A stretch of 64,000 nt of DNA from Sarea resinae (Eukaryota): assembly GCA_026026165.1 (NCBI GenBank), contig JAPEUD010000100.1, forward strand, positions 1-64,000, read 5' to 3'. The translations under genes were made by a program, and so were the position numbers. Shown here piece by piece: positions 36,088 through 47,099 of this stretch; the first letter of the stretch is position 1, and every line of letters starts with the position of its first letter. The notes beneath the pieces are model-generated. The model had not been told where the DNA came from. It saw nothing but the letters and a program-made list of their open reading frames with translations, and ran no database searches.

Positions 36088-39000
36088 TTATCCGAAAACT
36101 TTCTCCACAGCTCGTAGGCAAATAGCAGCGGCCACGTACTTGAAACTCAACAATGGCGGGCTCTTCCTCGCGCCTCCTCCACGATTCTTGTCCTCGAAAC
36201 TCACCGCGAAGCAAGCTATACTACGTTCCAGCGTTTCATCCGAGTCTACGTCATCGGCATCGACGATGCAAGAGACGACAAACGCGGCATCACGCGCGTA
36301 TGCTTCTTTCACCGAGACAGAGAGGTCTCGTTGGCGTTTGGACTGGCCGCCTTGCGCGCCGAGAATGTTGCCGATGAAGGTTTCGAGCTCCGAGATTGGG
36401 CGCAGCGGATGGTCGCTGTAGTTGTTCATGATGTTGAGGACACAGTCTTCGTACCTGTAGCAAGCAGTAAGGCCGTGTTCAGCTGGAAAAGTGGCGAGAA
36501 ACGGAGATCACTCACATGTCGCGAATATCCCTTGCCCAGGCCACGTAGTGGCGCCATTGAATCAATGCGCATTTATGTTGAACGTACGCCCAGACCTGAT
36601 CCATAACGTTTAGCAGACTACGAGAGAGCTTTCGGTGCTTTTGAAGTTCGCTGAAAACCTCATGCTCGTCAATCGAGCGGTACAAAACTCCGAGAATCTT
36701 GTCGCTCTCGTAATATCTGTAGGGGGTGAAGTCTTCGTCGTCATTGTTCTCGTCTTGCGTCCTTAGAGAAGTCTGCTCAAGGAGTAGCCCTTGCTTTTCC
36801 TCGATCTTCACATTTGGTCCTGGAGCCATAAAATCTGGCCGAACGGATGCGAACTTTGGCATTCGTGACATATCAACCTGTCCTCGGTATTAGTTGAGAG
36901 GGTGGATATCGGATTTACCTTTGACTTACTGGGATACCAGTCTTCGAGAAGTCGACAGCAGTAGAGTGCATCTCTGCTAGTATTTTGCAGTCATGGTCTA
37001 AGGAGCCCAGCGGCCTCTGATCTGCAAGGATCTGGTGTGAATTCGCAATGCGGCCAAGCTGATCCGTCTCCATAAACTTGATGAAAAAGTCTGTCATGTC
37101 TTTTCGCTCCACCGTACGGCCAATGTCTTCATAGCCTCCCCTCGGGTAGTCTGCGGGCGCGTGGCAATGGCTAGGACGACATGCGGGATCCCATATGATA
37201 CTGTAAAGATCGCCATCCAAGTCCCCACCGCTGAGCTTACTGGGTAGATCGCGATCACCCATCCGGCTGAAGCAGATGCAGTTTGACAATTTCCTCAGGG
37301 GGGAGTTCTCTGGCACATTGACGGCGTTCACGAGTTGAACATCCCCAGGGTGCAACGCTGGAGCCCTTGTGATTATCACACTCCTTCGTGTGATTATGAA
37401 CTTCTTCCCATCTCGTACAAAGGTGCAAAAGATTTGTCCTTCTTCAAGGACACCAGTCTCGTCCATGATTCCGCATAGTGTTAGCCCATTAGGGACCGGG
37501 ATCCGAGCCCTATATTTCATGACACGAACCTCCATCAAGAGAGACATCTCAAGGACATCAGATAGGAATCGATCAGATCGAAAATCAAGACCCAACCAAG
37601 AGAGCTTCCTGATGAGCCAGGACAAATGGCCATGCTCACCTATCGAACGTGAGTGCAAGAATTTTGACGCACTAGCTGCACTTGCGGTGATCTTTCTAAG
37701 GCGCTCAATCTCCTGCGACTGGAGAGAGAGAAAAAAGCTGCCCTTTACGCCTATATCCTCCAGTATCTTGATCAGTTGTCGATTGAGGTACATTGGGATT
37801 GGCTTATGAAACGCCTGGCAAAGCTCAATATCCCTAGAATTTGAACCCCCAAACTTGATCATAGATGGACGTAGGATTACTTGGTCTCCCTTGAGACGGC
37901 TATCTAAAGAAATCATACCCTTTGCACCTGCAACCAGGTCAGCGAAACACGGGGCATTTTTAGAAGTTTCTTATATGGGATAATTCGTTGATCCCACTTA
38001 TCTCGAAAATCCATTACGTACCTTGATACCGGATCTGAAAGCAGGTGGGCTTGGACTTTTGCATAGATGGAAGAGATTCCCATATCTTGTGCAAAATCGA
38101 CGTTGAGACTGTTCCTACTCCATCGCTGAAAACTCGGCCGTTGCGTTCTACGTCTACCATGATCTTGACGATTCCAGGGCCAAGGCTGACCGCAGTCGGA
38201 GTCTCGGAAAAGGCTTGACCAATTCGAGCCGCACATTTTGCAGGACAGCGGATCTTGGTGAAGTCGCCAAGCTCTTGGATGAGCATTCGATCATAGAGTA
38301 GGCTGCCGTTGCAGGCGAACGGAGCCATAAACCAACAAGATTGAGCTCGTAAAGATGAATGTGAGAATCCGAGAAAATCGTATTTGCGTCCGGCAATACT
38401 GAATCCGCTTGAAAGGAGGCTTTTGAACCTGTCGTTGAAAATAAAGTCGTTTGACACACGCGGATTGAATCGTACTGGTTCCCCATCTTCATCCAAGAAC
38501 TGAACCCGAAGAAAGAATTCGTGGTGAGTGGGGTATTTTCTGAGTACTCGATTCATCGGTTCAACGTCTGGCCCGTACAGATAATTTCCTGCAGGCGTGA
38601 CTGTCAGTCGGTGGATCAGAGCCATATTCTCCGAGGCTTGTTTAGGGCTTCTGTTTATAACCGATAGTATTTCTTCTCTCTTCACTTGATCCTCATTGCA
38701 CCGTAGAAGTTGGATCAGAGCTTTGATTTGGAAATCTCCGGCGTCCGCGTCTGGCCCCGGGTATGGAATTCTGTCGCGAAATTTCTGCACTGCGGCAATA
38801 CTCAAGGCATCTCCAGACCGGAGAAGCATACTCTGAATCTCTGGCAGCAGGGACAAGGCTTGATTCGATGTTAAGTGTCCATTGGCTGTTAGACTTAAGA
38901 CCTGGAACTTCAGTTTCCATGGAAAGGTTTGAGAATTTGTTAATTCCGTCGCCAGAGCCTTTTGATCGCTGATGTAGGGCCTCACGTGTCGCTGGATGTC

Positions 39001-39888
39001 CGTCTGCTGGTGAATTATGGGCGGCATCCCCGGAGCCTTTTGGAGAGCGTCCATATGGACTCCAATTCGGTCGATGAGATTGTTATCTCGCAAGCCATCT
39101 CTTGCGAGGACAATTCGATATATCAAGCAACTTCCTGCAATTGCTTTATGCTCCTCATCCAGAGATGCGATCCTGTTCCGTTGTGGACCATTTCGCTCGG
39201 TGATGCTGAGGCGTGCCAAGCTGGCCATTACAGATTCCATAGTCTTTGGAAGCCTTCCCTCATAGAATCGTGGAGCTTCACAGAGCGTCAAAGTGAAGGC
39301 GGGATTGGGAGCATATTCTGTTGTGATCCCATAGGTGCTAGCATACAGGAAATCAATGCGTTTGCCTGATGTGAAGATCATGTTAATACTTCGAGACGCA
39401 AATTTTACATGGCCATCGCTTTCCAGCCGGTAGTAGGGCACAAAGACTAATTCGGAATCCACAAAACTCCAGACACCACAAGAGACCGAGACGCAGTTGA
39501 AAGTCGAGGTTGGAGTTGCCTTTTTCTTTTCTTCGCCAGACTTGCTCTTTAATTGCTGGTCTTTCTTTTCCTTCGCCAGGCTTCGTAACACGTATGGATT
39601 TGATGGCTTGTTGCTGACTCCACAATAGATTGGCGTCTCCAGGATTAGAATCTTTGCAGGGACTGTGGGTACCGTCCGACCGATACCAGGAGGTTTTGCT
39701 TGGCCGTACGTGCGGAGGAATCGCTGACCATCATCGGGCTCGAGGAAAGTCAGTACCGCAAACCGTTTCTGTCGTTGCTTCTGGCACCAGTACGTCTGGA
39801 TGGAAAGTTTGGCCATGTACGGTTGCAGGAATTTCCGCAGTCCGTTCTCCGTCACTTGTTCAGGCACATCTCGAACAAAGACGTCCAT
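36088..39888 (-). CDS. Cellular RNA-dependent RNA polymerase of the RNAi pathway
   Basis: FLGFSHSSLR, CPAKCAARIGQAFS, FSDGVG, FQIRYQG|AKGMI, TRAPALHPGDVQ, catalytic LSGGDLDGD, HSTAVDFSKTG; at least three introns. Confidence 0.93.
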
Positions 39889-40365
39889 GATGACCAGCAA
39901 CAACCAGAGTCATTGAGACCACGCACTGGAGCGCAAGCAACAAGTGTGTGTATCGGAATCCACCTCTTGAACCCGTGGATCTGTAGGTTTGTTGAAGGCT
40001 GGACGTGAATGGAAGAATCAAATGCTTAGAATGCATTAGGTGACCCAGTCGAAATTCATTGGCCTCCCCCACATAGAGAAACGTATTCTCTCAGCTCTTG
40101 GAGGGGAGCCTACCTACCGATGATGAGATGAGTCCAATGCAAGGACGATAGAGTGTTTGCAGAAACGGCCAGTAAGACGGATCCCTACCTCAATCGAGCT
40201 TGCGGACATGAGCAGGCGGAACAGTGACAGCAGTGACAGCAGCGACACAGTGCCGTAGCTCAATTCGGTGTGTGGACACGCACACAGCAAGTCAGTATGG
40301 GGTAGACCAAAGCATTTTGATCGTACTTCGTACATACGTAGGGACGTAGGAAGCAATCCCACCGG

Positions 40366-40628
40366 TTTGGTGGGGTCTCTCGTTGGCGACGATGAAGCAG
40401 TGAATTTGGTGGGGTCGGCTCGCGAAATCGCCCATTGTCCGGAAGCTCGACTTAAGCGTGCTTATCTTCGGCCTCGTCGCAGCTCAGCCTAACAGCTATA
40501 AAACTACCGTAGGTACCTATGCAGCGCATTCATCACTCTATTAGTATTAGAATAGATGAAGGTCTGTGGCTTGTCAGTATCTCGAGCTGTGGCAGGCCAC
40601 ATTGTCTGATCTAGGCGCTTATCTTCGG
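40366..40628. promoter_or_regulatory. Two pairs of exact 12-bp direct repeats in the RdRP/MFS divergent promoter
   Basis: TTTGGTGGGGTC at 40366 and 40405 (SYGGRG core); GCTTATCTTCGG at 40460 and 40617 (GATAAG on the minus strand next to CGG). Confidence 0.5.
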
Positions 40629-41101
40629 GCAAATCATTACGGTGTCAAGGTGAGCAATAGCAAGCCTTGTCTGAAGCAAGATGTCTGACTACTATTTGAG
40701 GTTAAAGGTACGAATTCTCGGATCGCGATCGTCTACTGGCGACCAGCACATGGCTTTTCGAGAAGCGATTTCTCTCACAGATCACGAACCTGCGGGAAGA
40801 GAGGGATGTTAAATTTCATGACCGTTCTCTAGGCGGCGCATGATGATCGGCTGCAGAGTCAGATCTCTACCTAGTAGGTGTGGGGGACCGCAGAACGGCA
40901 TGGAGATGGAGTTGATGACGTGATTTGGCTCGTTCATGGCTCATCGATTGACACACGCGGTCGCCATGTCGCCATCACCAGCTCGGAAGGCCGACACCTT
41001 CCTCAAAAGTCGAGCATTTCCAGTGGAGTCGAGTTTCTTTCGGAGATGGCAAAGTTTGGCCTATCGTCGGAGAGAGAGAAACGCGGAAAACAAAGGCGAC
41101 A

Positions 41102-42652
41102 ATGGCATCGACGGCCCAACAACCCAAGGACGAACCCGCCACCACTCAGGCGGAGGATGAGAAACAAGCCAACGTCAGAACCATACCCGTCAGCCCCCCA
41201 ACCGGAGGCGATGGAGCGCTACAGCTTCTGGCCGCCGCCAGCACAGACGGGTCTATTGATCTCGAGGCATCAAGGCGGCTGGTGCGCAAGATCGATCGAT
41301 ATGTGATGCCACTGATCTGCATCGTGTATTTCCTCCAGTATCTCGACAAGATCGCCATCAGTTATGCCAGCGTGACGGGTCTCCGCCAGTCCGCGCACCT
41401 GCATGGAAACCAGTTCAATTGGGTCTCGAGCATGTTTTTCTTCGGCCAGCTGGCCTTTGAGTTCCCCACCATGCGACTGCTTCAGGCCTTTCCCCTGGCG
41501 CGGTACGTGGCGTTCAATGTCACCGTCTGGGGCATCATACTGGCGTCCATGGCCGCATGTCATTCGTTTGCCGCGCTGATGGTCTGTCGTGCATTGCTGG
41601 GAGTTGCCGAGGCTGCCATTGTGCCCGCTTGGGTGGTCTTCACGTCGCAATGGTATCGGAAGGAGGAGCAGGCATTTCGGGTCGGCGTGTGGTTCTCCAT
41701 GTGCGGCCTGGCGCAAATGATCGGAGGATATGTCGCGTACGGCGTGGCGACCCACATTGGAGGGGATCCCAGCGCCTCTCTTCGGGGATGGCAGGTCATC
41801 TTCCTCATTTTGGGCCTGTTCACCGTCGTCATTGGAATTCTGTTCTTCTTCATCCTGCCGGACTCACCCGTCACGGCGGGCTTCCTGTCGCCGGCCGAAA
41901 AGGCCATGCACGCGGAGCGCCTTCGAGGGAACGAGCAAGGCATCGGCAGCACCGTCTTCAAGAAAGCCCAGGTCTACGAAGCCCTCCGAGACCCGCATAC
42001 ATGGCTATACTCATTCTGGGTCTTGGCGGCCAACGTGCCCAACTCAATTGCAACCAGTTTCGGCAACATCCTCGTCTCCGGCATGGGGTACTCGGGCACT
42101 CGAAGTCTGCTGCTCGTGACTCCTCTAGGCGCATATGAGCTGGTGGCATTGATCGGTCTGACCTATCTCGCGACCAAGACGGAACAACGACTGCTGTGTT
42201 GTATCGCGGGCCACATCCCCTCGTTCGTAGGCGCAATTCTCATGGCTACGACAGACGGCGCCCCCGCCCTCGTAGGCTACTACCTCTCAGGCGGGATTCC
42301 AATCGGATGGACGACAATTCTAGGCCTCACAAGCACCAACGTCGCCGGCTCGACAAAGAAAATCACCGTCTCTTGCATTCAGACGATCGCCTATACGGTG
42401 GGAAACATCATCTCTCCTCAGACGTTTCAGTCAAAAGATGCGCCAAGGTATTTGCCTGCTAAGATCTCAATCGTGATTCTGTACTTTTTTATCACACTTG
42501 ATCTGTGTCTGATCCGCTGGCTGGATATCCGGGAGAATCGGAGGAGAGACAAGGCAAGGGAGGCGGAGGGCGAGGAGTATATTATAAGACTAAACCACGA
42601 GTTTTTCGATTTGACCGATCGGGAGAATCAAGAGTTTAGATATGTGATTTAG
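41102..42652 (+). CDS. MFS transporter, Dal5/allantoate permease (ACS) family, intronless
   Basis: LVRKIDRYVMP...LQYLDK; SQWYRKEEQAFR; NVAGSTKK; C-terminal FFDLTDRENQEFRYVI; about 12 hydrophobic segments. Confidence 0.92.
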   Translation: MASTAQQPKDEPATTQAEDEKQANVRTIPVSPPTGGDGALQLLAAASTDGSIDLEASRRLVRKIDRYVMPLICIVYFLQYLDKIAISYASVTGLRQSAHLHGNQFNWVSSMFFFGQLAFEFPTMRLLQAFPLARYVAFNVTVWGIILASMAACHSFAALMVCRALLGVAEAAIVPAWVVFTSQWYRKEEQAFRVGVWFSMCGLAQMIGGYVAYGVATHIGGDPSASLRGWQVIFLILGLFTVVIGILFFFILPDSPVTAGFLSPAEKAMHAERLRGNEQGIGSTVFKKAQVYEALRDPHTWLYSFWVLAANVPNSIATSFGNILVSGMGYSGTRSLLLVTPLGAYELVALIGLTYLATKTEQRLLCCIAGHIPSFVGAILMATTDGAPALVGYYLSGGIPIGWTTILGLTSTNVAGSTKKITVSCIQTIAYTVGNIISPQTFQSKDAPRYLPAKISIVILYFFITLDLCLIRWLDIRENRRRDKAREAEGEEYIIRLNHEFFDLTDRENQEFRYVI

Positions 42653-43325
42653 GGGAATTGCCTGTATCAAGAAGGAATAGTCTTTAAATATATTGTACGA
42701 AGTTAGGTACTCTAGGATTAGATTATAACTACCTATAAATACAGTTGCGGCGGAATCCGCTCCAGTTCCAGAAGCACTCAACCCTTTTTTAGTGAGCCAG
42801 AGCCATCTTACTCCTTGCGAGTTATTGTGATATAACCCATACCTTTAAAAAGGTTGGATATCTAGTACTATATGACCTTAATGTAATGTCTGTTATCTAC
42901 GAACCTCTAAAGATCTTGCGGCACAGCGACAACCACCACCTAATGCAGAGCGTCTCTCGCGGCACGCACGACGAACTGCGATCGCCCTGTCCTCAGAGCT
43001 CGCTGTCGTCCACCCTTTGCGCACACGTGCCCCTCGGTCGCGCTGTGGACCAACTTCGAACGGGTATCACCTCGCGCACTTCAGATTCGCAGCCGCCTAG
43101 TTGAAGAACGAACAGTATGGCTCTCTCGCCCCTTGCCGGATAGTTGTTAAGCTCCTCACAGACAATATCTACGGCATTTAGGTATGGATACAAGTTCAGC
43201 TTAGTATTCTAGTCTGGCAAGTCAGACAAGGTGTTTCGTAAATTGAGTCACACATTCAACAATTACTTTCCTATCTGAAGACAAACCACTCTATTCACCA
43301 CCCTTGCATCGTCACTTTTCCGCTT

Positions 43326-44051
43326 TTACGAATCGCTCTTCCTAGCTAGAATCCACAAGAACTGCGCATTAACCGCGTCTTCCACCGTCTCCTGCACGAC
43401 CACTTCCAGCCCCGCCTCTCTCACCTTCTCCAACGTCGCTTCGCTTCCCCAGCCACTCCAAAACATCCACCCCTTTTCTTCCTGCAACCAGGTCTGCACC
43501 TCCCTGCCCGCCAACTCTTCCGCCGCGAAGTTCACCAGCACCCACCCGCCCGGCTTCAGCCACGCCACGATCTCGCGCAGCATCTCGACTTGCTCGGCGC
43601 GCGGGAGGTGGATGATCGAGTACATGCCAACGACGGCGTCGAAGGTCGCGGGCGCGAAGTCGAGCGCGAGCATGTCGCCCTCGAGCAGCGTGAGGCGGCC
43701 ATGGGCCGGGCCGGGCGGGTCGGGCAGCAGGCGGGCGCGGGCGAGCGCGAGCTGGGCGCCGGAGAGGTCGTTGGCAGTGATGGAGAAGTTGGGGTAGGAG
43801 AGCAGTTTCTGGGTGACGGGGATACCGTAGCCGCACCCGATCTCGAGCACGGAGACGGGGGTCGAGGAGGTCGTGGGCAGGCGGCTGAGCAGCTGGTCCA
43901 GGTACCGGAGGCGCGTGGTCGAGTGCGGGATCGTCCATTCGTTGTATCTCGGGGCGATTGCGTCGTAGGAGGCTTTCATGCGGGATTTGAGGTCAGCAGG
44001 GGGGTCATATAGAGGTTTGGGATCGAGCGGTGGAGCAGTTTGCTCAGCCAT
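43326..44051 (-). CDS. Class I SAM-dependent methyltransferase, intronless
   Basis: SYDAIA; motif I VLEIGCGYG; GDMLALDF..ATFDAVV; WLKPGG. Confidence 0.88.
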   Translation of the reverse strand: MAEQTAPPLDPKPLYDPPADLKSRMKASYDAIAPRYNEWTIPHSTTRLRYLDQLLSRLPTTSSTPVSVLEIGCGYGIPVTQKLLSYPNFSITANDLSGAQLALARARLLPDPPGPAHGRLTLLEGDMLALDFAPATFDAVVGMYSIIHLPRAEQVEMLREIVAWLKPGGWVLVNFAAEELAGREVQTWLQEEKGWMFWSGWGSEATLEKVREAGLEVVVQETVEDAVNAQFLWILARKSDS

Positions 44052-44474
44052 TGCGATGGGATAAGGGCTGTCTATAGGGTTGGGAACGGTGACTCTATAG
44101 CAAAAAAAGTGTGCAGCATTGTCATGAAGAATATCTCGAAAGGCATGCCAGATCCAAGTATATTCGACGTCGAGTGAGTCAGACTAATTGAACCAAAAGA
44201 AGCGCTCCTTGAGGAGCATTCGTCTGTTCGAGTACATATTGGATTTCGACAGAATGTGAGTCACTGGTACACACGATCCGAGAGCGCGGGTTGTCAACGA
44301 TGGCGACAACGACCCAGAAGAAGCGAATACGAACAGTCTTACAGATAGGTCTTTTGGTCTAAGAGTAGGAAAATTGATGCGATACTTTCTACGTACGTAT
44401 AATAGCAGTGACTGAGAAGAATAGCTGAAGAACGCTTTTTACTACTATCTATGGGAGTTAAGTACTATCTTTGT

Positions 44475-46399
44475 CTAGGTAGGGATAACTGGAAGGGTGA
44501 TATAGTTTAGATATCTAGGTCCAAAGGATATATGGTTCGTCCCTTGCAACTTCTCTTCTGACCTGTGAGGAAAGGATTGATTAGTCGCTGCTTCTGTCTC
44601 CAAATATTTTAAGGGGTTGAAGGAAAATATACCTGTCGGTCGGGTCATTGTGCTGGAAGATGCCCGAGCCTTGTGTGTCGCCCGACGCGACCTCGAAGAC
44701 GAGCTTGCCTCCCTTCTCCACCACCACGTTCGTGGGCCACACTTCAACGTCGACGGGGTACACCTCACCCGGTATGACGGGCTGGACATCCGTCGAGTAG
44801 TAGTCGCGGTGCGGGAGCCAGGGACGATGCTTTGGGTGACTGGCGTTGACGTGGCGCAGACTCACCCTCAGCCAGCCTTTGGTGAGCGGGACAGCGTCGC
44901 CGGCAGTGCCGGTATACAAGACCTCATTTCCGGCGGGCGAAAGGTGACGAAGAGTGACGAAGAGGTCAATATCTGTAGGTACTGGGCCGAGGCGGTCTGC
45001 GCTCACCGAGACGTTCAGGTGAGCGACGACGTTGCCTGTGATCTCGGTCTCTTCTGCAAACGCGGGAGTCTGGAATTGCACCAGAGAAGGATCGTCCAAG
45101 GTCCCCAGAGCTCGATAGCTCAGTTTAGATGGCGGCGTGCTTTCCGAAGGCGGTTCCGGAAGGAGTTCTCGCGCTGACGTCAGGTAGAACTTCGTATATT
45201 TGGTCCGCGCGATTGGCCATTCCCATTCCGTGCGCCGTGGGAACGACTTTTCTGCCTCGGCGTTATTGAAGCCTACGTCTCCTTTCCGCAAGACGAGATC
45301 GATCGGCGGGAGCTTCCCTTTGACTGACCAGCCGACTCTGTCGTCGCCCTTGAGAAAGGCATCGAGGAAACTTCTCTGCACTTCGACTTCTTCTTTGTAG
45401 TAAAATGGCAGGTCGTGGCGACCAGTGACGAAGCGGAGATATTTGAGGTCGGAGCCGGCGTTGACGTATCCCTCGATGTTTCCCCGGAGATGCAGAAGAA
45501 TCCCGCCCCAGTTGCCGACCGTCAGGAGAGGTACCTTGATGTCTGCCATGTCGTACTCGCGCGAGGCGTAGTAAGGATCGTCGCGGAAGTGGTTGTCGCG
45601 ATTGTCGATGTTTTGATCGCGTCGGTTTCGGGCCAGCACGTCTTCATCTAGGTCGCCTTCGAGTGTGTCGGGGCCCCAATTACGGGCTGCGCGACCGGGG
45701 CGTCCATATTGATTTGTGATGACTTGGCGCTCCCACCAGAACCGGATGAAAGCGTTCGAGAAGATGCCACCATGGCGACAACGATCGCGGTAATAGTCCG
45801 ACATGCCCTCCCACGGGATGATGGCTGCTAGTCCCTTCGGCTGGCGCGCGGCCACTCGCCACTGGGAGCCAGCGTAGTAGCTGATTCCCAGCAGGCCAAC
45901 CTTGCCGGAGCTCCATGACTGCTCGGATGCCCATTCTACCAGGTCGAAGAAACACTCGCTCGTGCCGCGCGACATGGTATCCAGGAAGCCGGGGGACTGC
46001 CCAAGACCTCGTTCGTCGGCTCGCACAATGGCATAGCCATGCCCAGTCCAGAAGCCGGGATCGGGCGTCTCCCAGGCCGAATGGGCCGAGTGATGCTCTT
46101 CGTTGACTTCGGCGAATGACTTGCCGTGGAAACTGCCCTTTGTCAGCACCTAATTGTTGCCATCGTCAACCAAGAGTAGACGAGTAGACGACTGACTCTT
46201 TGTAATGGATATCTTTTCCGTATGGGCCGTAGGTGACCAGCACTGGTACGGGACCCGATGTCTTGGGCCTGTATACGTTGCAGCGGATCTTCCCCGCTTG
46301 GCCATCGTTGAGCGGCACCGTCACATTTTGCTCATACACGTATGGGAACGACTTCTCATCAATAGAATAAATGTCCTTTACCTGGAGATGGGTGGCCAT
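44475..46399 (-). CDS. CocE/NonD family serine hydrolase (peptidase S15 / PepX_C)
   Basis: CNVYRP...PVLVTYGPYGKD; WETPDP; DERGLGQSPG; nucleophile GISYYA; C-terminal jelly-roll with KGWLRVSLR and EVWPTNVV; introns near 46198-46134 and 44632-44563. Confidence 0.9.
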
Positions 46400-46806
46400 C
46401 GTGATCTATCGAATTCTCAATCGGCTGGCTGACAGGGTATCGCGGTATTCGGGCGGATAAGATCCAAACGATAAGATGGAGGCCGGAGCAGAGGCTGAAG
46501 GTTTTGTAACCCCGCGATGTCCAGTACGCCGATAGAGGCGTCAGCTGGAGTTGCCCTCATGGCTCTCGATGTTCTCCCTTTACTAATGGAGATCCCTGGA
46601 TATCCCAGGGGCAGATGGGTCGCTGTCGGGATGTGGGGGAGAAGGGTGTCGATGTGGTCCCGAAGGATGACATCAACGGCCTGGAGTCCATCACCAACCG
46701 ACTGACTCCTCGCTGCTGGAAAGCCTCAATTCCGTGTCGTCCACTATTGCCCTTGCACCCTCCCCTGGGTTGACCTGTTCGCCCCGCTGGTGGAACCGCC
46801 CAGCTA

Positions 46807-46824
46807 TTCCCCACATTTCCCCAC
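46807..46824. promoter_or_regulatory. Tandem TTCCCCAC boxes in the hydrolase/monooxygenase divergent promoter
   Basis: TTCCCCAC at 46807 and 46817; similar tandem boxes at 49595-49611 and 54389-54410. Confidence 0.5.
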
Positions 46825-47099
46825 GTCCTCCGCACAATGCATCGCGCAAGGATCGAGTGTGACCAGGCTTCCATCCCAGTCTGGCTAGGACCAGGCGGGC
46901 TGCTGCCAGCTTGCCCCCGAGTGAGATAGTGATTGCAAAAGGGAGAGTAGAGGCCTGCGGACGGAAGGATGAATCGCGCCCGTTTCATCAACCTACCAAC
47001 AGATAGGCATCCGCTCTCTCAGAATATATTCATCTTCTGTACCTATCCTGTTGATTCTGGTATGAGTGTCAGGACAAATTCTTGCAAATTCTTAACGCC

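Noticed and set aside
36088..39888. Endogenous viral RdRP
   Set aside because: It has spliceosomal introns and the cellular DLDGD double-psi-barrel motif, not the viral GDD palm motif
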